From: Candidatus Saccharimonadales bacterium
GTDB lineage: Bacteria; Patescibacteriota; Saccharimonadia; Saccharimonadales; UBA10212
Assembly: GCA_038245195.1 (NCBI GenBank)
Contig: JBBRSU010000003.1
Span: 8,850-72,849, forward strand
Length of the DNA stretch: 64,000 bases
Reading direction: 5' to 3'
Both the position numbers and the translations under genes were made by a program. Positions 1 to 8,954 of this stretch are shown here, piece by piece (the stretch's first letter is position 1; every line of letters starts with the position of its first letter). The notes under the pieces were generated by a model that was given only the letters and a program-made list of their open reading frames with translations, had not been told where the DNA came from and searched no databases.

Positions 1-161
1 AGTAGTTCCGGATCGTTGTGAGACATTTGGTGGAAAGTCATCTGCATTCTTTCTAGGATAGCAATTGCCATCTCCGGTGTAGCGTGTTTCGAATCAGTCA
101 GCTTTAGATATCGCAATACGCTGTCTATGTCTTTTTCATTCAACTCATATTGTTTCGCCAT
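1..161 (-). CDS. hypothetical protein, N-terminal fragment (gene continues past window start)
   Basis: Reverse-strand ATG at complement 159-161 sits 8 nt after a GGAG RBS. Translation begins MAKQYELNEKDIDSVLRYLKLTDSKHATPEMAIAILERMQ... and runs to the window edge. It lies immediately downstream of the PLD-like gene, so the two are probably an operon. No recognisable domain. Confidence 0.3.
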   Translation of the reverse strand, partial: MAKQYELNEKDIDSVLRYLKLTDSKHATPEMAIAILERMQMTFHQMSHNDPEL

Positions 162-173
162 ATCTACTCCTAT

Positions 174-707
174 CTACCAATAATACCTATTAAGTCTCAA
201 AAATCTAACCATTTGATTGGCTAATGGCACGGATTCAATCCGCCGCATAATCTCTTTACTATAGCTCTGCGAAAGAATATTAAGACTGCCTTCCCACAGA
301 ATCCTTCTATCAAGAACAGCTATTTTACGGTGATGATAATCATTGAAAAAACGGACCTTCACACCCATTTGTTTTAAGGATTTGGACGCCATGTAGGCTT
401 GGATGCGCAGGAGTTCTTCGTGATGGCCCGGAAAGCGGGTATTGACTCTAACCTTTACGCCTCTTTTGATTAATTTCCTCAAGGTTGGAGTAAGCAGGGC
501 AACCCGTCCGGTTGTCATGTAAGGGCTCTCAATAATTACCTCGTTTTGACACTTCTTTAAGTCTTGGATAAAGGCCTTGTAGAAGGTGCTTTCATCAAAC
601 AATCGGGAGGTAAGTAAATCCTCGGGTGGGGTCTTATGTATCAGCCTAAACATTGTCATCCTCCAACTCTGGATAAATAACCTTTTCGCCATCGTAGACC
701 ATCCCAA
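174..707 (-). CDS. phospholipase D-family (single HKD) nuclease, Nuc-like
   Basis: Perfect HKD motif HHRKIAVLDRRILWEGSLN (HxKx4Dx6GSxN) in a 177-aa protein. This size and single-HKD architecture are typical of Nuc-type endonucleases that dimerise. An alternative start is at the internal Met of MAKRLF. Confidence 0.6.
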   Translation of the reverse strand: MGWSTMAKRLFIQSWRMTMFRLIHKTPPEDLLTSRLFDESTFYKAFIQDLKKCQNEVIIESPYMTTGRVALLTPTLRKLIKRGVKVRVNTRFPGHHEELLRIQAYMASKSLKQMGVKVRFFNDYHHRKIAVLDRRILWEGSLNILSQSYSKEIMRRIESVPLANQMVRFLRLNRYYW

Positions 708-1029
708 GACCCACTAACTTTTCATGCATCAGTAGTAAACTAGGGTAGAGCGAGTTCCACCTATGGGCAACTTGGCTCACCAAGCTTACGTCCTTACTAC
801 AGTGGACTAGCGTATTTGTACTTGGAGCAAGCAGCCAGCGGTTACGACCCAAAAAGATATAGAGCCCGACAACCAGATCCTTTTTTATAATATAACTTAC
901 TATCTCCTGGGTATTACAGTCTATAAGAAATCCTTTAGAAGACCGTCAAAAAAACCGAACCAAACTAACAGGTCTTTTGTTACCAAAAACCGCTAAATAT
1001 ACTCGAATCAACACCTTATTTACAAACAG

Positions 1030-1043
1030 TGTCAATATTGACA
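1030..1043. promoter_or_regulatory. perfect 14-bp palindrome TGTCAATATTGACA upstream of the SBP gene (putative operator overlapping a TTGACA -35-like hexamer)
   Basis: Seen directly in the sequence. It contains a TTGACA hexamer, with TATAAA 9 nt further downstream (too close to be its own -10), about 50 bp upstream of the ATG at 1096. Confidence 0.3.
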
Positions 1044-1095
1044 ACAGCAGACTATAAAAGGACAATCGGTGTAAGATTAACATAAGAGGTTATTA

Positions 1096-2772
1096 ATGGA
1101 CGATCAAATCAGACCCACCACGCAAGATCCTGCAACTGTAAATACTCCTTCAGATACCCCACCTGCGGCCAATAGTAACCAAACCTATCAGCCAAACGAA
1201 CAATCACAAGCGGCACCACCAGCGACGGTACCCGAACAGCCCAAACCCAAATCAAAGAAAATAAAGCTTATCGTATTATTATTGGTTTTAGTGCTGATTG
1301 CCACTGCCGCTGCTTTGGCTCTTAACAAAATTGCTAAGCCCCAGAAAACAGCCGTACAGACGACAAAAAAATCGGTCGATATACTCAAATTCGGCGTTAC
1401 TCAACCCTTTGTGACAGATTTTTACCCTAAGTCGGCCAGCGATATCCTGCCTCTCGAAGTAAATAACCAGATTTTTGAAGGTCTTACCCAGTATCAAAAC
1501 GGAAATCAAATAGTTCCAGATTTGGCGAAAAGCTGGACTAATCCAGACAATACAACCTGGACATTTAAGCTTTTGAATGGTGTTAAATTTCATAATGGTC
1601 ACCCGCTTGCTGCCCAGGATGTCAAAGCCAGTCTTGATGCCCTCCAAACTACTGACTACGGCAAAGCTTACGGCGGCTCTATAAAATCAGTCAAAGCCGT
1701 AGACACCACTACTGTTCAAATTACCACAACCACGCCCGACCCATTGCTGCCAAATGAATTAGCTAATCTATGGATTTATGACACTACGTCAGCTACCCCA
1801 AATGATCCGGCGAATGGCACCGGACCATATGTGATTAAACCGGGTACTAAACTTACCGTCGATAGTCTCCAGCTTGTTGCCAATAATACCTATCATGGAG
1901 GCCAGCCTTCAGTTAAAGAAGTAGATTTCAAGTTTTATAGTGATTCCAGCTCAGAGGTTGCCGACCTCAAGCAAGGTAAGCTCGATATAGCAGACCTTGG
2001 TTCCAAATCAGCGGTAAGCGACCTCGGCACAAGCAACTTCAAGGCTTATGGGCCTAATAATATCCAGGTATACTTCATAGTTCCAAATACATTGAAAGCC
2101 GGTTCGCCGCTTCAAAACTTAAAGGTACGCAAGGCTATTTATAGTGCTATCGACCCCAGTGCCCTTGAGAAAGCCGACGGTAAAACCGGAACCCCAGCTA
2201 ATCAGCTGGTACCACAGGATATCCCGGGGTTCAACCCCGATATAAAACGCCCAGTGCTTAACCCAACCCAAGCCAAAGCCGATGTAGCAGCCGCCGGATT
2301 TCCAAATGGTTTTACTGTTACCTTTACCTACTTTGCACCTCACCAAGCCTTGGCAGCAGAACTACAAAAGGAACTAGCTCCACTGGGTATAAAACTGACT
2401 CTCGATCCTCAAACAGTCGGTTCGGTTCTCGGTAAAAAAGTCTTTAGCGGTGGTACTGATTTATTCTACTTCGGTTATAGTAGTAGCCTTGTAGATAGCA
2501 GTGATGTTTTCCAGCAATTGTTAGTTGATACGGCTAACTATAAAAATAGCCAGGTAGACACCCTTTTTAGCCAATCGTCCACGACATTCAATAATGTTGC
2601 TCGCCTAAAGCTACTACAGCAAATAAACCAGGTGGCCATGGATGATGCGGCGGTCTTCCCGCTCTTCACTCCTGAGCCCGGCTTCTTCGCTGTAAAGTCT
2701 AACTTAGTGGTCCAGGCTGATGTTCTTGCAAACTATAGCTCTATAAGTTTTTGGAAAGTTTACGCGCAGTAG
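1096..2772 (+). CDS. extracellular solute-binding protein, family 5 (peptide/nickel ABC transporter substrate-binding, OppA/DppA-like), membrane-anchored
   Basis: AAGAGG RBS. Low-complexity N-terminus, then a TM helix (IKLIVLLLVLVLIATAAALAL), then an SBP_bac_5-like core (…KSWTNPDNTTWTFKLLNGVKFHNGHPLAAQDVKASLDAL…). Confidence 0.6.
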   Translation: MDDQIRPTTQDPATVNTPSDTPPAANSNQTYQPNEQSQAAPPATVPEQPKPKSKKIKLIVLLLVLVLIATAAALALNKIAKPQKTAVQTTKKSVDILKFGVTQPFVTDFYPKSASDILPLEVNNQIFEGLTQYQNGNQIVPDLAKSWTNPDNTTWTFKLLNGVKFHNGHPLAAQDVKASLDALQTTDYGKAYGGSIKSVKAVDTTTVQITTTTPDPLLPNELANLWIYDTTSATPNDPANGTGPYVIKPGTKLTVDSLQLVANNTYHGGQPSVKEVDFKFYSDSSSEVADLKQGKLDIADLGSKSAVSDLGTSNFKAYGPNNIQVYFIVPNTLKAGSPLQNLKVRKAIYSAIDPSALEKADGKTGTPANQLVPQDIPGFNPDIKRPVLNPTQAKADVAAAGFPNGFTVTFTYFAPHQALAAELQKELAPLGIKLTLDPQTVGSVLGKKVFSGGTDLFYFGYSSSLVDSSDVFQQLLVDTANYKNSQVDTLFSQSSTTFNNVARLKLLQQINQVAMDDAAVFPLFTPEPGFFAVKSNLVVQADVLANYSSISFWKVYAQ

Positions 2773-2852
2773 AACTTTTTCCGCTCGGTGCTTTTCTAGA
2801 TTGACTTTTTTTCCGCCTATGTCCACAGTCATGAGATATAACCATAAGCATA

Positions 2853-4313
2853 ATGGAATATAATCCAAAACTTTCAAAACGAACCTGGTGGCAACTTAAA
2901 CTCCGCGGCAAATTCATATCCGTTATTAGTGTTATCTTAATAATAATTTTCGGATTAACCGCTTTTTTTCTAGTTAAAAGTGTGCGTAATAACTTGACCA
3001 ATGGTCTTAATAACGAAACTACGGCCTTCGCGGCCCTAGCCACCAAGCCCATAGGCGATAATTTTGTTATTTACCATGAATCAGGAACCTTGTTAGTTCA
3101 GCAGCAAATGCAAAAGTTTGCAGTCCTCGATCCAAACGTCTCCAATATAGCCGTTGTGAACTTAGCCGGTCTTTCACAATTCAGTCTTACCGGTAAGCCA
3201 ATCAATGCTTCAACCGTATCTGTGAGTAGTTTTGAGTCAACGACCGTATCAAACAAGAAGGGGCAGATAGTCCAAGCAGTTGAGCCTTATGTTGACGATA
3301 GTGGCCAGCATAGCTATGCCATCGCATTTGAAATTTCACCCAGCCGGGTTGAGGAGACCATCCAAAAAGAAGGGCTAACGATACTGATCTTGATGCTAGT
3401 TGGACTGCTGTTCAGTGCCATTGCTACTTACGAATTTATTAACTTCTTCTTCCTTCAGTCCATAAACTCGCTGACACAGACTGCTCGGGTGATCGCTGAC
3501 GGCAGATACGCAACTAGGGTACATTCCAGCCGCTATGATGAAATCGGTACCCTGGCCGGCAGTATAGATAACATGGCTGACGCCTTGGAAGCCGACATTT
3601 CCAAACTCCAAGAACTAGATAAACAAAAAGACGAATTTATAAAGATTGTTTCTCATAACCTTCGGACCCCACTAACAATCATCCAAAGCAACGCCTCTTT
3701 CATGGACAACGCCCAGCTGAGTCCGATAATGAAGAAGATGGTACAGGGGATCGAGGACAGTGCCCGCCGCCTAAATCTATTTTCAGAACAAATTTTAACA
3801 ATCAGTGAATTCGAATCTGAGCAAACCAATCGGGCCATGCTGGAAGAAGTCTCGCTAAGTGATCTTTTAGGACCGCTCAGCCGGGAATACGAGGCCTACT
3901 CAAAGACCACGAAACGAATTAACTTCCACACCGAAGTTGAGAATACCGACGCCAAGTTCTTTACCAGCCGCTATCAAGTAGTCAGCGCGGTTCGTAATTT
4001 ATTGGATAACGCCCTAAAGTTTACACCAGAGGACGGGTCGGTAGTACTTACCGCCCAGATCAGTGCCGGCAAAGTATATATAAAGGTCAGCGACAGCGGC
4101 ATTGGTATTAAAAAAGAGGAAATGCCTAAGCTGTTCACCAAATTCCACCGCGGTAGCGAGACGTTAGTTTATAACTACGAAGGCACTGGAATTGGCCTTT
4201 ATGTAACTAAATTAATTATCGAACAACTCAACGGTAAGATCACTGCTGAAAGCAGACTGGGTGAGGGTAGTGCCTTTACAATAGAGTTGCCCTATTTAAC
4301 CTCTGGTAGTTAA
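2853..4313 (+). CDS. sensor histidine kinase (TM sensor + HAMP + HisKA + HATPase)
   Basis: H-box HNLRTPLTII. N-box NLLDNALKFT. G-boxes DSGIGI and GTGIGLYVTKLIIEQLNGKI. N-terminal TM helix. Confidence 0.8.
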   Translation: MEYNPKLSKRTWWQLKLRGKFISVISVILIIIFGLTAFFLVKSVRNNLTNGLNNETTAFAALATKPIGDNFVIYHESGTLLVQQQMQKFAVLDPNVSNIAVVNLAGLSQFSLTGKPINASTVSVSSFESTTVSNKKGQIVQAVEPYVDDSGQHSYAIAFEISPSRVEETIQKEGLTILILMLVGLLFSAIATYEFINFFFLQSINSLTQTARVIADGRYATRVHSSRYDEIGTLAGSIDNMADALEADISKLQELDKQKDEFIKIVSHNLRTPLTIIQSNASFMDNAQLSPIMKKMVQGIEDSARRLNLFSEQILTISEFESEQTNRAMLEEVSLSDLLGPLSREYEAYSKTTKRINFHTEVENTDAKFFTSRYQVVSAVRNLLDNALKFTPEDGSVVLTAQISAGKVYIKVSDSGIGIKKEEMPKLFTKFHRGSETLVYNYEGTGIGLYVTKLIIEQLNGKITAESRLGEGSAFTIELPYLTSGS

Positions 4314-4510
4314 TCGCCTGTCAGACTTTTATTTAGACTAAAGGAGTATCATGTGGCTCAAGGCGACTGCTCTCCGAGTTAAATCACCTAACCATTAATG
4401 TATATTAGCTTCAGCCTATCTAATTTCTCGTGCATCAGCAGTAGCATAGACTATAGCGACTTCCACCTACTGGGTGCCTGGCTGACCACAATTCAACTTA
4501 ATATGTAAAA

Positions 4511-4528
4511 GACCCCCTTTTTTGGGTC
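4511..4528 (-). terminator. putative rho-independent terminator of the KGG stress-protein gene
   Basis: GACCC…GGGTC stem, followed on the minus strand by a T run (plus-strand sequence gacccccttttttgggtc preceded by aaaa). Confidence 0.35.
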
Positions 4529-4544
4529 GCTTTTGTTAAGGGCT

Positions 4545-4706
4545 TTAAGTTCGCTTAGAGCGTTGGCCACCTTTTTTTCCGGCTTTGCTGGCTAGCTCTC
4601 GGTTATTTTTGAAGTTTTGCGGACTGCTTTTACCACCCTTACTTTGGATAGCTTTGGCGTCAGAATCACTCATTGCCGCAAACCCACGGGGACTTTTATC
4701 TGCCAT
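4545..4706 (-). CDS. small KGG-repeat general stress protein (YciG-like), 53 aa
   Basis: GGAGGT RBS 5 nt before the ATG (complement 4704-4706). Translation MADKSPRGFAAMSDSDAKAIQSKGGKSSPQNFKNNRELASKAGKKGGQRSKRT carries KGG-type repeats. Below the 60-aa cutoff of the supplied ORF track. Confidence 0.45.
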   Translation of the reverse strand: MADKSPRGFAAMSDSDAKAIQSKGGKSSPQNFKNNRELASKAGKKGGQRSKRT

Positions 4707-5178
4707 GTTCACCTCCTTGTATTAGTAGCAACTACAAGCGTAATCCTATGCCTCTAAACAATCTATGAGAATACTTACAGTTTAAAGGTAAGAATTAAGA
4801 CTTGTTTTAGATACTTATATGGGCTAGTCGTTGGGGTAGTAGGTTAATGGTAGACACAAATTCGCATACATAAACATAAACTTAACCGAAACGATAGCTT
4901 GCCAAAGACTCACCGACGGCTCTAAAATTAGTTCAGCCATGTGAGGGCTCCTAAGCCTAGGTTCCTCCTCGCAGACTACTATTTTCCAAGGACGGCAAAC
5001 GCCTGTCGCTGCCGATTCCTTTAAGCCATCAGCTTTCTTAGTAAACGGAATGAATACCGGACGGTTATTCGGTCTTACCTAAGCAGCTATCTCTTCCAAA
5101 AAAACCCGTTCGCCACATCTAGAACAGATGGAGGCCCTATCTTTTATAACTCTTAAATCTCTTCAAAAGGAGCCCAAA

Positions 5179-5484
5179 ATGGACCAAGTAACGCTAGTCA
5201 ACAAAGATGTTAACATCGTAGCTTTCTACTTTAAGAGCAACGCTCGGCGACTGCGCTGTTTTCCTAAGCGCATGGAGTACGATGGCAAGCGCATAGACTT
5301 CACCGAAACTGGCCTAGTACACCCCACCACAAAAGGCCAGCGCATGGTACACGTGTTCGATATGACCGACGGCCAAGCCGATTACCGGCTGGAGTTTGAC
5401 GCCCAAGCCCTCAGCTGGACTCTAGTAGCTATAACCGACACCGATTATGCCCCAATATCACCGAAATTTGCTACTGCCCATTAA
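5179..5484 (+). CDS. hypothetical small protein overlapping the start of the Y-family polymerase gene (candidate polymerase accessory subunit)
   Basis: AAGGAG RBS 7 nt upstream of ATG 5179. The supplied ORF track starts it at 5128. Its last 38 nt overlap the downstream polymerase ORF. No recognisable motif. Confidence 0.4.
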   Translation: MDQVTLVNKDVNIVAFYFKSNARRLRCFPKRMEYDGKRIDFTETGLVHPTTKGQRMVHVFDMTDGQADYRLEFDAQALSWTLVAITDTDYAPISPKFATAH

Positions 5485-6724
5485 TAGCCAGCCGCCCCAG
5501 ATACTGCACATCGACCTTAATAGTTGTTTTGCGACCGTGGAACAACAAGCCAGGCCGATGCTACGGGGCCGGCCACTGGGCGTTACTAACCGCCTGACTA
5601 AGAACGCCTGCGTGGTGGCCGCCAGCTACGAGGCCAAGGCCCAGGGTGTTAAAGTTGGCATGAGTTTTAGTGAAGCCAAGCTACTGGCCCCCGATTTGAT
5701 AATGGTTGAAACCGACCCTCCCAAATATCATTACGCCTACAAAAAGCTGATCAAAATCATGAAATCTTACTCGCCAGCTATCAGTATGAAAAGTATCGAC
5801 GAGGGCATAATTGATTTTCATGGTACGCACGAAAATATTAACCAGCGGCCACTAAGCGTCATTGGCCACGAGATAAAAGACCGCCTGCGCCAGGAGGTCG
5901 GCTCGTGGATGCGGTGCAATATCGGTATCGCTCCCAATCGCTTTTTAGCCAAAACCGCAGCTTCGCTGCACAAACCCGATGGACTGGACATCATCACTCA
6001 CAAAAACCTACGCCAAACCCTTGCAACTATGCAATTAACTGATTTAAGCGGTATCGCGGAGCGCAATCAGGCCCGACTGAACTCGGCGGGGGTTTATACA
6101 CCCCTACAGTTCTTGGACGCACCGGCCGAACTGCTGGTCCGAAAAGCTTTTGGCAGTATTTGTGGCGAAGATTGGCACAAGCGGTTGCGGGGCTGGGAAG
6201 TGGATGCGGTGGAGTTTGAGACCAAGACTGTCGGCCGACAGTTTGTAATGGACGAGTGGCGGCCCAGCGACGAGACCCTTCATAGCCGGCTGAGCCACCT
6301 GGCCGAGACCACGGCTATGAAACTGCGCTACCGAGGGTATGCTGCCCGGGGTGTTTATATCTATCTGGCCTACGCTAACGGCGATATTTGGTATGAACGT
6401 AAGCTGTTTAAAGCCCCGGTATCGAACGGGACTGACGTCTACCGACGGATGTTGCTATTATTTAACCGCCGTCCGCGCTACGACTGGGTCAGAATGATAG
6501 CGGTTTCGTGCTATCGACTAGAGCCCAGTAACACTAGTCAAATTAGCTTGCTGGAGGAAGTCAACCGCGAGACCTGGCTAAGCCAAGCCATAGACACTAT
6601 TAATAGCCAGTACGGCGAGTTCACCGTAACCTACGCTTCCAGCTTGGCGGCCAAAGACTCTATTAAACAGAAAATACCCTTCGGCAGTACTCGCTACTTT
6701 GAGCTACTTTGCAATCACGCCTAA
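5447..6724 (+). CDS. Y-family DNA polymerase (DinB/UmuC-like translesion polymerase)
   Basis: Hallmark N-terminal motif ILHIDLNSCFATVEQ. SIDEGIIDF catalytic motif. IGIAPNRFLAKTAASLHKPDGL little-finger linker motif. Start uncertain (ATG 5447 or TTG 5468). Confidence 0.8.
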   Translation: MPQYHRNLLLPINSQPPQILHIDLNSCFATVEQQARPMLRGRPLGVTNRLTKNACVVAASYEAKAQGVKVGMSFSEAKLLAPDLIMVETDPPKYHYAYKKLIKIMKSYSPAISMKSIDEGIIDFHGTHENINQRPLSVIGHEIKDRLRQEVGSWMRCNIGIAPNRFLAKTAASLHKPDGLDIITHKNLRQTLATMQLTDLSGIAERNQARLNSAGVYTPLQFLDAPAELLVRKAFGSICGEDWHKRLRGWEVDAVEFETKTVGRQFVMDEWRPSDETLHSRLSHLAETTAMKLRYRGYAARGVYIYLAYANGDIWYERKLFKAPVSNGTDVYRRMLLLFNRRPRYDWVRMIAVSCYRLEPSNTSQISLLEEVNRETWLSQAIDTINSQYGEFTVTYASSLAAKDSIKQKIPFGSTRYFELLCNHA

Positions 6725-6787
6725 AGATTGATTAACCAGATAAAAAAACAGATAATGTAGTCATTAGCGTAATAAAGATGAAGAAAT

Positions 6788-8077
6788 TTGGGCATGGCTA
6801 GTACATATCTATTAGGAGCCTTAGGCACACTAGGCCTGATTACTCTGCTATTTTTAGCATTCTCATATCTGAGCCAGCGCAAGATGCCCCGTAGACCAAA
6901 ACCTGGCCAGGATGATATTGAAACTAACTTTATCTTGGATACTATCGAGGATGGAGTGGTGGTGATTAACCAAAGCGGGAATGTTCGATTGTTAAACCCG
7001 GCAGCCGCCCAAATTTGCGGTTGGGCCTCACAAGAAGCCATGGGCTTAAACTATAAAAATGTAATTCGACTGGTAGATGATAAAGGTCAGCCTATCGCCG
7101 ACACAGCTAACCCGTTTGGAATAAGTCTGGCCAATGGTCAGTCCAGCCGTGACAGCAACGCGACTTTGTCGACTAAGAACAATACACCAGTACCGATTTC
7201 ATTGATTGTTTCGCCGATACTAGACTCCGGCGGGAAGCCACGGGGTGGGGTAGTCGCCGTGTTTCGGGACATAGCCAAAGAAAAAGCCGAAGAGGCTCGG
7301 AGGTCTGACTTTATTAGTACGGCTTCGCACGAGATGCGAACCCCACTGGCCGCCATTGAAGGTTACCTTTCGCTGGCACTCAACCCCAAAACCGCCCAAA
7401 TTGATGCCAACGCCCGAAACTTGCTAGAAAAAGCTGCCAGTTCAACTAAACATCTTGGCGAGTTATTCCGAGATTTACTAACCAGCTCCAAAGCAGAGGA
7501 CGGTCGCTTAATTAGCTACCCAACAGTAATTGAAATTGGCGAGCTATTAGAACAAGTGTCTGAGGCCGCCAAATTTCCAGCCAAGCAAAAAGGCTTGGAT
7601 TTGAAATATAGTGTCAGTGCCGATAACTCAAACCAGGGTGGCAAGGTAGTCCGACCGCTGTACTACGCTTTTGTGGACCCCAACCGGGTTAGGGAAGTTT
7701 TTCAGAACATCGTCGATAACGCTATGAAATACACCATGGAAGGAACCATTAACGTACGGTTAACTGGCGATGAATCGGTGATACAAATCCAAGTCCAAGA
7801 CAGTGGTGTCGGCATCCCTACCGAAGATATCTCGCACTTATTTCAAAAATTTTATCGAGTTGATAATTCCAGTACCCGCACGGTTGGTGGTACCGGGCTA
7901 GGCCTTTTTATATGCAAGAAAATTGTAGAGTTGTACAATGGCCGTATCTGGGTGGAAAGCGATTATGGAAAGGGTAGCACCTTCTTTATAAATCTGCCGA
8001 GATTAAATGGCCAGCAAGCTTTAGACTTGCAGCAGAAGCAAGCCTCCAGCATTGGGCCGGCCGCCCAGCTCCTTTAG
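6788..8077 (+). CDS. PAS-domain sensor histidine kinase
   Basis: TM helix. PAS-like segment (ILDTIEDGVVVINQSGNVRLLNPAAAQICGW). H-box ASHEMRTPLAAIEGYL. G2 box GGTGLGLFICKKIVELYNGRIWVES. Confidence 0.8.
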   Translation: MGMASTYLLGALGTLGLITLLFLAFSYLSQRKMPRRPKPGQDDIETNFILDTIEDGVVVINQSGNVRLLNPAAAQICGWASQEAMGLNYKNVIRLVDDKGQPIADTANPFGISLANGQSSRDSNATLSTKNNTPVPISLIVSPILDSGGKPRGGVVAVFRDIAKEKAEEARRSDFISTASHEMRTPLAAIEGYLSLALNPKTAQIDANARNLLEKAASSTKHLGELFRDLLTSSKAEDGRLISYPTVIEIGELLEQVSEAAKFPAKQKGLDLKYSVSADNSNQGGKVVRPLYYAFVDPNRVREVFQNIVDNAMKYTMEGTINVRLTGDESVIQIQVQDSGVGIPTEDISHLFQKFYRVDNSSTRTVGGTGLGLFICKKIVELYNGRIWVESDYGKGSTFFINLPRLNGQQALDLQQKQASSIGPAAQLL

Positions 8078-8131
8078 TAATCAAACCATGTTACAATTAA
8101 CAATAAAGTAAACTTAAGAAGTAAAAACACT

Positions 8132-8890
8132 ATGCCAAAAGTACTGCTCGTAGAAGACGATAATAACCTAAGAGAAATTTTTCAAATGCGCCTCCAGGCC
8201 GAAGGCTACAACACGGTTGTGGCCGCCGATGGCGAAGAAGGTCTAGTTTCGGCCATGAAAGAAAAGCCCGATTTGGTAATTGCTGATGTTATGATGCCAA
8301 AGCTCAGCGGTTTCGAGATGGTCGAGAGCTTGCGGGCGGCTCCTGAAACTAAAGATATAAAGGTCATTATGATGACCGCCCTAGGCCAAGCCGAGGACCA
8401 GGCTCGCGGCGAAAAGCTGGGCGTGGTAAAGTATTTAGTGAAGTCACAAGTAACCTTGGAAGATTTCGCTAGGGTGGTCAAGGAAGCCTTAGGACCAGGT
8501 GATCCTAATGCATCTGCGGCCCCCCAATTAGGTCAAGTTTCCAATAACAATCAATCAGAAAGCGAGACAAGTATGGACGATCAGTCTACCAATCCAGCTC
8601 CGGCACCAGCTGAACCAAGTGCCGATTCAACCACCCCAGCAACTAATCCAGTAAGTGGCGATATGCCGGCTGATGGCTCGGTTTCAACCGACCAACAGAC
8701 CAGTGCCCAAGAGTCTAATGTAGTTCAAGACCAAGTCGACCAGTTTGCAACCAGCCCAGCACCAGATGCCGCTGCTCCTGCTAACGATGGCGGAATGCCA
8801 GGTACTGATCCGGTAGCTCCTCCAGCCGACCCGATGCCAGCTGGCGATACACCGGCCGCACCTAGCGACCCAACTAGCAACGCACTCTAA
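8132..8890 (+). CDS. response-regulator receiver (REC) domain protein with a long acidic Pro/Ala-rich disordered C-terminal tail and no recognisable output domain
   Basis: VLLVEDDNNLREI…PDLVIADVMMPKLSGFEM…MMTALGQ fits a CheY-like fold with acidic pocket and phospho-acceptor Asp. The C-terminal 120 aa are P/A/D/S/T-rich low complexity. Confidence 0.7.
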   Translation: MPKVLLVEDDNNLREIFQMRLQAEGYNTVVAADGEEGLVSAMKEKPDLVIADVMMPKLSGFEMVESLRAAPETKDIKVIMMTALGQAEDQARGEKLGVVKYLVKSQVTLEDFARVVKEALGPGDPNASAAPQLGQVSNNNQSESETSMDDQSTNPAPAPAEPSADSTTPATNPVSGDMPADGSVSTDQQTSAQESNVVQDQVDQFATSPAPDAAAPANDGGMPGTDPVAPPADPMPAGDTPAAPSDPTSNAL

Positions 8891-8907
8891 GACTTTAGAA
8901 CGGTTTT

Positions 8908-8945
8908 AAAAGTACCCCTGTTAAAACAGGGGTACTTTCTTTATA
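8908..8945 (+). terminator. rho-independent terminator after the receiver gene
   Basis: Perfect hairpin AAAGTACCCCTGTT-AAA-AACAGGGGTACTTT followed by CTTTAT. Confidence 0.6.
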
Positions 8946-8954
8946 ATAGTAGGC

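Noticed and set aside
740-800. tRNA-like string ending …GGCTCACCA
   Set aside because: No complementary acceptor or T-stem pairing could be built on either strand, and there is no GTTCRANYC T-loop.
1188-1647. Antisense ORFs inside the SBP gene (66 and 119 aa), and similar antisense ORFs inside der, secA, the ATPase, serS and others
   Set aside because: They are fully embedded opposite well-supported genes and have biased composition. These are typical shadow ORFs.
4960-5040. Possible tmRNA tag-reading-frame (GCAAACGCC…TTTAA)
   Set aside because: The encoded peptide would not end in an ALAA-type degron, and no tRNA-like 5' or 3' ends (GGGG… / …CTCCACCA) are present.
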